This document shows, piece by piece, positions 17,033 through 31,400 of a DNA stretch of 64,000 nt. The notes beneath the pieces are model-generated. The model did not search any database and had not been told where the DNA came from. It worked only from the letters and a program-made list of their open reading frames with translations. Made by a program: the position numbers and the translations under genes. The stretch lies in the NCBI RefSeq assembly GCF_009914755.1, contig NC_060929.1; one strand, written 5' to 3'. This stretch comes from the human T2T-CHM13v2.0 reference genome, Homo sapiens. Position 1 is the first letter of the stretch, and the number at the start of each line of letters is the position of its first letter.

Positions 17033-18981
17033 CTATTTATAGATTAAGGAGGCCTTGAGGTCTAAAGATACCTTTTGATCAAATTTGTGTTCTAAAGTTG
17101 TTAAGAAAAATGAACCCAGAGGGTCTGGATAAATATTTTGCAAATGTAGTCCATTGTATTTGTCTGCCACTGTCCGTCTCCAAGGAACTCTGCCTTCCTG
17201 CTTTAATCTGTGGTCATGTTTCATCCAAACCCCATACATTATAAAAATAATCATAGGTTATTGGGGTTGATGTCCATGTTTCCTACCTGTAATTATACCC
17301 TTGTTATCTTGTTTGTTATGAAAAGATTGTTGCATATTGCAGATTGACATGGAGCTGTTCTTCTGCAGCACCTGTGGGCTTTGTTCTTTGGATTCTGGGT
17401 CCTTGTTTATGGGATGTGTGGTCATGGATGTAACACGGGAACACAGGGCTATGCAGGTGTTTCCCTTGGCTGATAGGAAGGCTGCAGTTCGTCCACAGAA
17501 ATATAGATGTTAACTGGCCATCACCCATAACATAAAATGCTTCTTTATTATACTGGGAAAGTGCCTAGAGACATTCTTGGGAGAATAGAGAAATTTCTGC
17601 AACTTTCTGCCAAAAACAATCTTATACAAAAGAGATGAGTGGAGAACAGTATGTAGTTCATGTTTTGAAATAACGAATGTATTTCTTGAGATGAGACATA
17701 GCAATGTATTGAAAAAAAAATCCCCTTTCGGCAACAATTAGGATGTCGCTCCCAAGAGAGAGAGACATGATCTCAAAGAAAAACAGTGGTGCTTGTATCA
17801 TGGCACCAAACAGCAAAAAGACATTGGGAGTCTGACAGATAAGCCTTGTGGTTTTGTATCAAACTGGTGGATTTTGAAACTTCTGAATTTCCTTAGAGAA
17901 AGTCTCAACACACTAACCCATAGATATGGCCTCAGGTGTGGTTCTGGAACGTGAGTGCACTAAGTGTCTGCATCATCCAGTGTGTTTAGTATTGGATCCC
18001 TCATGAGATTTTCATGACCCCCCGTGATGCTACAAGGGATCCAAAACACTTTCATAACTTGAGCAGGAAATAGCCCAATCACCATGTGTTTAAAAGGAAA
18101 GTTGACACAATTCCAGTCCATTCTGAAGCAAACACAGGTGTACTAATTCTGCAAAATAAAAATGTTAAACTTCTCCTGTCTCATCCCATAGCCCTCCAAA
18201 ATAAAAAAGTTTGGTGGCTAAATTAACTCGAGATGGAATATCTTTGGATTGGATAAGTGTTTATATATGGTTTTGTCATCCATGACATGGAACATTTTGA
18301 TGAAAAATAAATTATTGGACTGTTTTAGTCTTTCATGGATTCCAAGTGAGCCTGCATGTTTGCCATCAAATAGATACATGTAGATATACAGCCTTTGCCA
18401 ACCTGCATTGCTTTTTAGTGGATATTAATGTGCTATTTGGGTGAGATTTAACAGTGTCACGTTCTTTAACTTTCATCTTTCCAGATCTCTTGGACTCAGT
18501 GCCTTTAGACTTACAGGTTCCTAAACACAGGTGGGAGGTTGACAAGGTAAGGGAGGAAAGCGGTGCTGTTTCTTACCTTCATGGAAACACGTAGGAAGAG
18601 GTTTTCTACCTTCTTGCTTATGTGTAACCACATTTAAGACTTACTCCCCCAGGCTGTTTTTGGCCATAGACAGTGTGGGAAGTGGATTTCTGGAGGGGAA
18701 TTTGAATGTATTACTGTTGGGCTCTGTGAATAATTGGCATCCTAGAGGGACCTGGGACGCCAGATGCTGCTTCTCCCACAGGCCATAATTTGTCCATGAG
18801 TATGTGGCTTTAGAATATAGTCCATAATTCCTTATCCAGAAAATCAGTATGTCTGAGATGAAATAATGAAAGTTACGAAACACAGATGCTTCCCTCAACT
18901 AAACAATATTGCTTTACAAAAGTGCAAGAAATCATCTTTCCAAATAAGATGATTCTGGTCTGTTTATCATTGTGTGGCAGC

Positions 18982-19890
18982 ATGTTCTAGTTACTTTTGC
19001 CACATTCCAGACAACCTTAAAAGTTAGTGACTTAAGCAACAGCCATTGTTTTATGATCTCTTTCAGTTCTTGTGGGTCAAGAATGTGGGAAGGTCTTGGT
19101 GGAGTGGATCTGGGGCCAGTCAGTGGCTGGAGCTGAGAATGGCAGAACTGGACAGGACCAGCTTTCCCTCTCTTTTGTCCTCCCTGTCTCTCTCTTCCTA
19201 GGGTGTCAGGCCTCTCTGTGTGGTCTTTCTGCATGGGCTACTTGGGCTTCCTCACAGAATTACTGTCTCAGGGCAGCCAAGCTGCTTACATGGCAGGAGA
19301 AGCTTTCAAGAGTTGCTTATTCCAGGGAAGCAGCATTGGCTTTTATGACAGCCTGGGAGGTCATGCAGTGTTACTTCTGGGCATTTTATTGGTTCCACTA
19401 GACTGAATGTTTGTGTCCCCCCAATTCATGTGTTTAAGCTCTAACCCCCAAGAGGATAATAATAGGAGGTGGGGTCTTTGGGAGGTAATTAGCGTTAAAA
19501 AAGTTCATGCGAGTGTAGCCCCCATGATGGAATCAGTGTCCTTATGAGGAGACCAGAGCTCCCCTCTCTCTGCCATGTGAGGATACAGCAAGAAGATGGG
19601 CCTCTGTAAACCAGGAGGAGGGCTCTCACTAAGAACCTAACCCTACTGGCACCCTGATCTTTAACTTCCAACCTCCAGCACTACAAGAAATAAATGTTTG
19701 TTGTTTAAGCCCCCCAGTCTATGGTATTTTGTTATAGCCCAAGTGAAATAAAGAGGCAAGTTAGAAGTGAGTGAGGAGGCTGCCTGGATCCAGGGAGGAG
19801 AATCAGACTCCCTCTCTGGATGGGGGCATGGCAAGGTCTAGGGGCCATGTGATCGTGTGTGGTCATCTTTGGTCAATATGCCATACACTG
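18982..19890 (-). mobile_element. Old MLT1 (MaLR) LTR, interrupted by a younger MLT1A
   Basis: aaaagttagtgacttaagcaacagccatt...gggctacttgggcttcctcacag...cattttattgg, resuming after ~19754 with agaagtgagt...tagactc-like sequence. Confidence 0.6.
19397..19753 (+). mobile_element. MLT1A-like solo LTR (nested)
   Basis: gactgaatgtttgtgtccccc...gccatgtgaggatacagcaagaagatgg...aataaatgtttgttgtttaagcc..cagtctatggtattttgttatagc. Confidence 0.85.
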
Positions 19891-21335
19891 GTTTATAATT
19901 ACCTAAAAACAGAGTTTTAGTCTCTGTTCCTGGATAAGCAAACCAAGAAGCCACTCTCTTTTAGTCTTTAAACAAATCTTGCACTATTTGACTCCTTTCT
20001 TTTGTAACAGGCAGATCCACAAGCCATGCTTGCCTGGGAGAAAATATCAAAGGCAACATGAAAATTAACCTCTGGGTCCGGGAGTGCTGAAGGTGCCAGA
20101 ACAGGAAGGGAGGTGGTGAGCCTGAAGATCTCACAAGCTTCCCTCCTGGTGTGTGTTTCCAGACCGTCAAGGGTCCTGGCTGCTCATGGTCTATCTCAGT
20201 TGCCCAGGTGAGCAGAGTCATGGGCCTGGAGACTATCCCAGCGACACTGGTTGATGCATGGCTGGAAGGGGCATGGAAGACAGAAGGTTGGAATCCTGTG
20301 ATCCACTCTTAGCTAGCCGGGTGACCCAGCAGAGGCCTCTCTCTAGATCCAGGGATTAGGAGTTACGCCAACACCAGTCATGGTTGATAGGTTCCAGTAC
20401 CTGGGGACAGATGCTGCTAGCTGGTGAGCGGAGCCCACTTGCTTCCTTACATATAATTGAGGTCACACTTAAATGGGCATCATATTTGAACAGTTCACAA
20501 AAGTCATATTGGAAGCCAGTTCAATATATTGATCCATTTTACCTCGAAGCCTACTGAGTACCACATTAGGCATGTCAAATATCATTTTTAATGATCAGAT
20601 CAGCAATTCTCCTACTGGCAGATTTATTGGCTATTCTTTATTATGTCATTAAAAAAAATCAACTTATTTCAAATTAAACCCTTTCCCAGGAACTTGAAAA
20701 TGCATGAAAGACTAAATTCAGATAACCACTGGCTGATGCCCACCGCCCATCCTCCATCTCCCCACCCCTCACCCCCGGGCTGTGCCACAGTCAGGCCAGT
20801 CCTGCTTAGCCTGGTGCTGCCGCCATACAGTGCTACTAATGTTGGCTAGTGGGACCCTCCACTTTTCCTCTGTGATGTGTTCAGCATGCTGCCTTTCAGA
20901 GAGAAAACAGCCGTTAGGGTCAACTGGAACCATAGCAATGGGGGAAAATTGTAGCAGATTTTGCTCGTTTTATGGAATCTTCTGTCTTTGCTGTGGAAAG
21001 TTCTCCCAGAATTGAAACACTTAAGTCCTACTCAGCAGACTGTCCTGATGCAGCTGCAAGATTCTCAGACTTTGGTCTTATAAGTTAGACTCTCTTGTCT
21101 TTTGGTCTGTCTCCTTCTTTCCCTCTTTCCCTCTGCTTGTTTATGTGCTTGCGCAAGCATTAGTGGGTGCCACACAGTTGTGTGTGAATTTGTGTGGTGG
21201 GGAATATGGATGAGAGGTGGGAAAGCAAGCTAGTTTCTGTCAGATACCCGGCTCCCTCCCAGAAGTCCAGACCTTGCAATCTGGACATGGGCTTGCTCTG
21301 ACCATACTCTTTGAGCTAAAATACATTCCAGATAG

Positions 21336-21637
<302 letters not shown>

Positions 21638-22355
21638 TAGATGAAAGGTTGAAATGCATGCACTGAAAATTGAAGAGGTACTAGAAGAACATAAGCAGAG
21701 ACTTTTTTCTATTCTGGATAAGAGAAATCGGCTTAATATTAGGATATGCTGAATCATAGGAAGCGATGGATCAATTTGATCTTCTCTGTTCTTGTATGAT
21801 GGAAAAAAGGAAAGAGAAATCTCCTATATGTTCATACAAGGGTAACTACATATATGCCACTCCATACCTGTGGAGTTATCCCATCTGTGACCTCTTTTCA
21901 TTCAGCAGTTTCATAGACAACATTGCCATGCCAATGAGAGCATCAGGACTTCCTCGAGATGTCAGTGACAGTTTACTTGACCAATTCCATGTTATTCTTC
22001 CTCATTTCTTCACTCATATAAATGATTAGATAAACAGCTTTGAGTATAACACCTTTAGAATGTGTGCAGTTTCTTAGGTTAAATTCTGGGAAGTCTTAGG
22101 TGAAAGACTCTGCTGCGTTTACATTCAATACATGATGTGCAATTGCCCTTCATTTCCATACTACTAGAGGCTACCAAGTGCTTGAGCCCCCTCACCCTAC
22201 TAATGAAGTTTCAGTCAATCTTTCCAAATCTTTTATAGTCTGACTAACAAAACAATTTCCTTTTATATTAATCATTATCATCATCGAGACAGAATATTGG
22301 TGACTCACCTAATCCTGTCCTTGGCTCATGTTTTTTTTTTTTTTTGTGGGGATGT

Positions 22356-24330
22356 TGTATTAGTCTATTTTCATACTGCTATAAAGAACTTCCCTGAGAC
22401 TGGGTAATTTACAAAGGAAAGAGGTTTAATTAATTCACACTTCAGTATGGCTGGAGAGGCCTCAGAAAACTTACAGTCATGGCAGAAGGGGAAGCAGGCA
22501 TGTCTTACATGGTGGCAGGTGAGAGAGAGCAGGGGAAACTGCCACTTATAAAACCATCAGATCTTACGAGAACTCACTCATTATCACAAGAACAACGTGG
22601 GGGAAACTGCCCACATGATCCAGTCACCTCCCAGCAGGTCTCTCCCTCGACACCTGGGGATTACAATTTGAGATGAGATTTGGATGGGGACACAGAACCA
22701 AACCATATCATTCTGCTCCTGGCCCCTCCCAAATCTCTTTCCAACATTCCCCCAAAGTCTTAACCCATGTCAGCATTAATTCAAAAGTCCACAATCCAAA
22801 GTCTCATCTGAGACAAGGAAAGTGCCTTCTACCTGTGAGCTGGTAAAATAAAACACAAATTAGTTCCTTCCAAGATACAATGGGGCTGCAGGCATTGGGT
22901 AAACATACTGGTTACAAATGGGAGAAATTGGCCAAAACAAAGGGGCTGTGGTCCCCATGCAAGTCCAAAATCCAGCAGGGGAGTCATTAAATCTTAAAGC
23001 TCCAAAATGATCTCCTTTGACTGTATGTCTCACATCTAGGGCATGCTTATGCAAGGGGTGGGCTCCCACGGCCTTGGACAGCTGCTTCACAGGCTGTCGT
23101 TGAGTGCCTGCAGCATTTCCTGGCACATGATGCAAGCTGTTGGTGGATCTACCATTCTGGGCTCTGGAGGATGATGGTCCTCTTCTCACGGCTCCACTAG
23201 GCAGTGCCCCAGTGGGGACTCTGTGTGGGGGTTCTGACTCCACATTTTCTTCAGACTGCCCTAGCAGAGGTTCTCCATAAGGGCTTCACCCCTACAGCAA
23301 ACTTCTCTCTGGACATCCAGGCATTTCCAAACATCCTCTGAAATCTAAGAGGATGATCCCAAACCTCACTTCTTGGCTTCTCTGCACCCACAGGCTCAGT
23401 ATTGTGTGGAAGTCGACAAGGCCTGGGGCTTGCACTCTCTGAAGCAGTGGCTCGAGCTGTACCTTGACCCCTTTTAACCGCAGCTGGAGCTGGAGTGGCT
23501 GGGATGCAGGGCACCAAATCTTGGGGCTGCACAGAGCAGCTGGGCCCTGGGCCTGGTCCACAAAATAATGTTTTCCTCCTAGTCCTCCAGGCCTGTGATG
23601 GGAGGGACTGCGGTGAAAGTCCTTGACCTGCTCTGGAGACATTTTCCCCATTGTCTGGGAGGTTAATATTTGACTCCTTGTTACTTATGAATTTCTCTTC
23701 CAGAAAATGGGTTTTTCTTTTCTACCACATGGCCAGGCTGCAAATTTTCCAAACTTTTATGCTCTGCTTCCCTTTTAACCATAAGTTCCAATTTCAGACC
23801 ATTTCTCTCAAGTTCAAAGTTCCACAGATCTCTAGGGCAGGGGCAAAGTGCCACCAGTCTCTTTGCTGAAGCATAGCAAGTGTGACCTTTGCTCTAGTTT
23901 CCAGTAAACTCTCATCTTCATCTGAGACCACCTCAGCCTGGACTTCATTGTCTACATCACTATCAGCATTTTGGTCAAAACCATTCAAGTCTCTAGCAAG
24001 TTCCACAGATGACCACATCTTTCTTTCTCTTTCTGGGCTCTCCAAACTGTTCAAACCCTCTGCCCATTACCCAATTTCAAAGCTGCTTCCACATTTTCAG
24101 GTTACCTTTATAAAAGTACCCCACTCCTGGTACCAGTTTACTGTATTAGTCCATTTTCACACTGCTATAAAGAAATTCCCTGAGACTGGGTAATTTACAA
24201 AGGAAAGAGTTTCAATTGACTCACACTTCGGTATGGCTGTAGAGGCCTCAGGAAACTTACAGTCATGGTGGAAGGGTAAGCAGGCATGTCTTACATGGCA
24301 GCAGGCAGGAGAGAGCAGGGGAAACTGCCA
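22356..24330 (-). mobile_element. THE1 (THE1C/D-like, MaLR) provirus remnant: full LTR 22356-22710, internal region 22711-24141, truncated second LTR 24142-24330
   Basis: Two direct copies of tgtattagtc.attttca.actgctataaagaa...gaaactgcca. Purine tract on the minus strand next to 22711. THE1-int-like sequence lies between the LTRs. Confidence 0.92.
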
Positions 24331-25621
24331 ATCACATACTATTACAAATTAGTTGTGTGGAGTTGTTAACACAGGTGCAGCAAAGCTTCAATTGGTATCC
24401 CTTTCAACTACTCTGCTGCCTGGTACTGCAAATAATTTATGATTTATAATTTATAATTAATTATTAAGAATTAAAATTTCTGTTAACTTCTCCTTAACTT
24501 AAAATGCAGATCTGTTTAAGCAGTGCAGTTTGGGAGATAGAAGGATTGCTCTCTGTGAAGTCTGAGAGCCTCCAACACATTCTATAAGAAGGGGACACAT
24601 TTGTAATTTGCATTAGATGAAAGGAAAGACAGAAATGTACACTGAGACCAAACCATGAACCTAATTGTAATGCATGGTTACTCATTGTCCATGCTTGTAG
24701 GGAGAGATGAATCCAATTAAATGAGTCATATAAAAGATAAGATTTAGAAATGATGACAAATAAGAGTCATGTTTGTTCCAGGGATAGAAGAGCTACCTAC
24801 TTACATGGAAAATTCATCACCTTAACACACCTCAAAGGTATTTTGCAGAGCAAAGAGAATGAACCGTTCAAAATTAAAAGTTAAATTTCAAAAGTGCCAA
24901 CAGTCATCGTTAGCTAACTCACTTTACTATAAACATAGTAGTTTAAATAACATTTTCAATCACATTTTTCTTTGGGGTTTTAGTAGAGAAGCTCATGATT
25001 GTATGCCTGAGCTATGTTTATAGGAAGAAGGGAAATTTATACTCATTTTTCTTCTATCCAAGGCTCAGATACCATTAACTCTAACTCCATCAAGTTGCTA
25101 GCTGTGCCTAATGAATCCTGATGCCTTGTTAAAAGTGATATAGTTTTATGTTAGAGTTGTATCATATTAAATATTTTTTCAGACCCATTGGTATGCATTA
25201 CACATGAGCATGTATCTTATTAAACGCAAATCAAATTCTTGTTCAAGGCTGGTCACACAAATGTGATCTTGTTTTTAATTGTTAAATGCCAGTGAATGGC
25301 TATTCCTGGAGGAAGCTTCCCTTTGGCTTATTTTAAAGTAGATGATGTAAAAATGATTAACTTAGGAATCAAGAAAATATGTGAAACTACAAGGCCTGGA
25401 GCCAGTTTCCTTAGTGAGAGCCCAATAAGCCCTTAAAAATATGTGCTGTCATTGCAAAGCTCATTTTTCCAAGTTGGGCTCCAATATTTGGCTAAGAACT
25501 TTCTTTTCTTTCCATGTTTGCTCTACACAGAATCTGGGGGGTATTAAGATTGATGAGGGAATCAGAGCTTGAGGTTTGAGAGCCAGCGTTAGCACTTCTG
25601 GGTGATGACAAATCATGTCTT

Positions 25622-25813
25622 AACTCCCTCCCTTTTAAAAAGTTTCTCCCCTCCCCTCCCCTCCCCCCTCCCCCTTGTCTTCTTTCTCTCTCTCTCCCCC
25701 CTCACCTCCCCCTCCACCTCCCTCTCCATCTCTCTCTTTCTCCCTCTCTGTTTCTCTTCCCCTCCCTTTCTCAATCTCTTTCTCAATATCTCTTGCCCCC
25801 TCCTTTTCTTTCC
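25622..25813. repeat. Long polypyrimidine/polypurine low-complexity tract
   Basis: About 190 bp of C/T runs (cccctcccctccctcccccctccccc...). Confidence 0.9.
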
Positions 25814-26334
25814 CAAAGCACAAAGTGATGGGTTGGAATGGAAACATATAACTTTCATGAAGTGTTCCCTACTTTAACCTCTGGGTGGAAAGCTGAAAAC
25901 AAGGTTATTACTTTTGGACACTTTACCAAGAAGCTATGATGGAGAAACCTCTTATTACTACCCCTGGTTGAACCAGATCTCTAGCTCATGTTTCAAAAAA
26001 CTACTCAGAATTCCATCTAAAGTGAAAACAATGAAGAATTGTCTACAGTCCAGGGATAGCACCATTACACATATTGAATTTACTTTCTAAATAACTGAGT
26101 CTTGCAGCTCTCAATCTAAACTACACATAGAAGTCAGGCTAAACTGTCAAATCAGTTCATGACTGTAAATCATCCTGGTAAAAACACTTTAAAAATTTCA
26201 TGAAGAGAGCTATCTGGAGAATTTTAATAGAATAGAGACCGTTTAAATTTTCTTTTTAGTCATTTATCTGGTTAACGTTTACACCTGAGAATAGGTTGCC
26301 AAGACAGACCTTTAGGGAGATTTCGAGAGGTATC

Positions 26335-26975
26335 TCAAGTTCTATCTGTTTCTCTCCATCTCCACAGTCATTACCTGTGCCAAGCCACCATCATCTCCCA
26401 CTGCAATGGCTTCTTTCACCTCCCTGATATTTCCTTCTGAACCTCAGTGGCCCGTTCATTACTCAGCAGCTAGCTTCATCTTTCATAACTAAAACCTGCC
26501 ATTTGTCCTGCTGGAAAATCCGCCTGTGACTTCTACATTCATATGGACTACAGACACAATCTCTGTTGCTCCTTTTGGGTCTTGCATGATTCATCTCTTC
26601 CCAGTATCTCCCCACTTACTGGAATGCACCTGGCTGATGCTAAGATCAGGGCCTTTTTGTATTTCAAATCCTTGGCCTAGAATGGGCTTGCTTCTTCACT
26701 CTGCAGGGCTGACTCCTTCTCATTCCTTAGGTCTCAGCCCAAAGGTCCACAACTCAGCAAAGCCTTTTACTATGACCCCTTTATCTAAGGAGGCCTCTCT
26801 TTCATTGAGTAGTATCCTATGCATTTTCTCCAGGCACCAGGCAGGATTTGAAATTCCATGTTTATTTATTTTTGTTTCCTAATTATGTACTCTGTGTCTC
26901 TGAAGGTGGGAATCCGGTTTCCTTTGCTCATTATTGCAAACCTCAGCTTGGGCATTGTGTCTGAGACAGAGTATG
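26335..26975 (+). mobile_element. Degenerate L2 fragment
   Basis: ttctctccatctccac...ccaagccaccatcatctc...tcattccttaggtctcagc...tttatttattttt. Resembles L2 but is highly diverged. Confidence 0.55.
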
Positions 26976-27779
26976 TGTAGTTATCGTTCAAGAGTCCTGT
27001 GAGTTATGTATGAGTCTTGTCCCCCTTTTATAGATGAAGAAACTAAGGTACCTCAAATTTAAATAATTTTCTTAGGGTCCCAAAGCTATTAAGAGATGAA
27101 AACACTATTTGTTTTAACATAGATTGGATGAAACAATGAATGAATTGATGAATGTATTTTTATTCATCCAGCATGTGCCCTCTAGAGATAATAGTTTTAA
27201 AGATTAAAAAAGAAAATCTTAAAATGGGTCAAATAAAAGAAAAAGTCATTAAATAGGATATTTTTCTAGCTAAGGTGAAGGCTCTTCACATCCTTTAATT
27301 TCTCCATCCCCAGCTGTTTAGCATATGTTTTTGTTTTTCAAACTTTTTTTTTGGTTGTTGTTCCTAAAAACTCTCTGAATTCTGGGATCCTTGACAAAAC
27401 CTCACTGTTATGCCAGGTTGAAACTCAGCCACCCTTATTTGCTCATTTTGCATCAGATTTAATGTCCAGCAGAGGCAAAACTGAGGTCACTGAGGTAAAA
27501 CTAGACTTTTACTTTACAGCATTATGTCTGGTGTACAGTTGAATCCAAAGATTTATTGCTCAATGGTGGTAGATTGTGGAGACACTGTCTGGTGATTTAT
27601 TTACTGTCAGAACTGAATGGTCATGTTTTTAACATGAATGCTGTTATTCCCAAAATAAGCTATCACTCTGAAATATTTTAGGCTGATTTTACTGCACATT
27701 GTAAATTACTGATGTGTAAATCAGTGACTTCACTCATCACACAGAGAAACTGTGGCACATGGCAAAAGCTATGTTGTAA

Positions 27780-28181
<402 letters not shown>

Positions 28182-28622
28182 TGATCTGTTTCCATGCAGG
28201 TTATGGTAAAATTATTAAACTATGAGTTTTTGAAGGTCTATACAATTAGATCCTTACTTTGTTCAAACTGTGAAGATTTTAATCCAACCTCTTTCTTTTT
28301 TTAAAACTCAACTTATTTTTGTGTTCCTTCTAACACAGCTAATCTGTTTTCTTTATGTAGAAATCAGTGAGCTACTGTGGATCACAGAAGCCCTTTTCCT
28401 GAGAAATTTCAGATGATTTCTTGTTGTTGTAACTAATAGAATGACGTACAAAGTATACTAACTGAGAAAGAAAGGTGGATATACAAGAGGAAGAATAGCG
28501 AGAAACTCCATGCTCCTGACCCAGCGTCTAGTAACTTTGGGTATTAGTAAGCAAACCATTTGTTGTCTGTATTTCTGCCTGGACACTGTGGATGCAGTGA
28601 GGGGTACATCATGCTGTATATT

Positions 28623-29001
28623 TGATATGGTTTGGATTTCTGTCCCCGCCCAAATCTCATGTTGATTTGTAATCCCCAATGTTGGAGGAGGAGACTTGTG
28701 GGGGATGATTGAATCTCGGGGGTGGATTTCCCCCGGCTTTTCTCATGATAGTGAGTTCTTACAAGATCTGGTTGTTTAAAAGTATGTAGTGCCTCCTCCT
28801 CCTCTCTCTTCCTCCTTCTCCAGCCAGGCAAGTTGTGCCTGCTTCCCCTTTGTCTTCGGCCGTGATTGTAAGTTTCCCGAGGCTTCCCCGGCTATGCTTC
28901 CTATACAGCCTGCAGAACTGTAAACCCATTAAACCTCTTTTCTTTATAAACTACCCAGCTTCAAGTATTTCTTTATAGTAGTGCGAGAAGGGACTAATAC
29001 A
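28623..29001 (+). mobile_element. MSTA-like (MaLR) solo LTR
   Basis: tgatatggtttggatttctgtcccc...attaaacctcttttctttataaactaccca...gactaataca. Near-TSD atatt/gtatt. Confidence 0.9.
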
Positions 29002-30542
29002 GTATTTGTGCATAAAAAGTCTTGATGAATTGCATGATTTATTTTTCTATTCTTCAAATCAGAAGAAAAGGCTTTGGAAGTTATTATCTTAAGAAGCTTA
29101 AAAGAGAGGGTACCTTGGTGGGGTAACATCAGGCCATGCATTGATGTTTTTGTTTTCTGGATTCCCCTGTTGGTTTTCCAGTCCAGCCATGGCATAGCCA
29201 GCGTGTCCTCAATGTCATCATCAGAGGTGATGATGCACAAATGAGATTCAGGCAGTGGCTGTGGAACACTATGGGTCCACATGCTTCAGTGGCTTCTCCA
29301 TCTGCTCTGCAGCTCATGAATGTTGCTGTGAATAATTGCCTTCACTTGATCCTCTGTGTTTCTAAAAACAATGAAGGTTGGGACTTCATTCACCATCCCA
29401 TGTTCCTACCATGTTTTTTCTTAAAAGAATGATCTTTGTTTTCAATCTCTCTTAAGATATCTTTGACCTTGGGAGTAAATGGTGTTAGGAAGATATGCTT
29501 GGAAGAGGGAAGTGGGAGAGAGAAGAGCTATGGAGTAATGGACAGACTGGGCCACGTTTACTCCTCTGAACACTTGAGAAAATCATCCTAGGTGCCACCT
29601 GGAATTTATCTGCTGCCTCATCTGTCCAATCACAAATTCCTTGTGTTTCTACTGGATTTACATCTCTTGGATTTATTGATTTATTTTCAACCATCATTGC
29701 TACCTCCATAACAGCTTTCTAACCAGACTCGCTGCCTCTACTTTTACTACCTCCAGTCCCTTCTCTAAGCTTGACCTAGCTTTCTGCAATCTGATATGCC
29801 AGTCTGCTTGTTATAATCCTTCAAAGATTCCTCACTGCTCTCTGGATAGAGTTCAAGTTCCCTACCATGGTCTGCAAGACTTCAAGTTTCACCTCTACCT
29901 CCCACCTCCTTTTTCTCTTTTATCTGTCTTCTCTAGCCCTAGTAAATAATCTGTGGTTGTTGAATGCTCAATGTTCCCTTTTGCTTCTGGGCCTCTCATT
30001 CTCCTTGGGATGTCCATTTTCTATTGTGTAACTTTCCAGACCACCTTATTGCCCCCAATCAGGTCTGAGCAACTTGCCTTTATTTATAGCCACTGTAGTG
30101 GTGATTACAGTGATCAGATTAGTCCTCCCCTGGACTGTGGATGTGTTGAGAGGCGTTGAGAGCAGAGATGATGCCACTGTTAGGTTCCCAGCTCCTAAGT
30201 CCTGCTCGATAAAGCAGGAACTAGATCAATATAAATTACTGAGTCACATAGCTTTATTGGGGAAAATGCTTCTAGTTAACCTAAAAGTTGTATTATTATT
30301 TTATGTTCTGTCTCTTTTTCCTTTCTATTTTTATAGGATGAAGAATTCTTTATAAAGAAGGCAGATTTTTAGTTGTGTAAATAACAAGTCTAGGACCACA
30401 AGGACCACAGCTTGCCCTTTTTATTCCCATAGTATTTCATAAATTCAGGTCTGCATCTCCTCAGACTTGAATGATTACAATTCCATTTTGCCCATGGGTG
30501 GTAGCAGATTGTGACAGTTTTTCATTAAGAGTGGAGAATTTA

Positions 30543-30861
<319 letters not shown>

Positions 30862-31068
30862 CTAGGCATTCAAGTAGAAATTGCACCTTATAAAATGAAA
30901 ATAATATTCTTGTTAAAGGTTTGGGCACCTAGGAAGGCTGAGGGTAAATGGAAGGCCTAGGACCAAAGCCCGAGTCGAGAAGTGGCAGCTTCCATTTTTC
31001 TCCCACAATTGGCAGGGACAGGAGCTCAAATAACATCAGTCCCCTCTGCCCCAGATCTTGTGATGTGA

Positions 31069-31400
<332 letters not shown>

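Noticed and set aside
22860-24193. Several 70-127-aa ORFs
   Set aside because: Chance ORFs in the THE1 internal region, with no recognisable gag or pol motifs.
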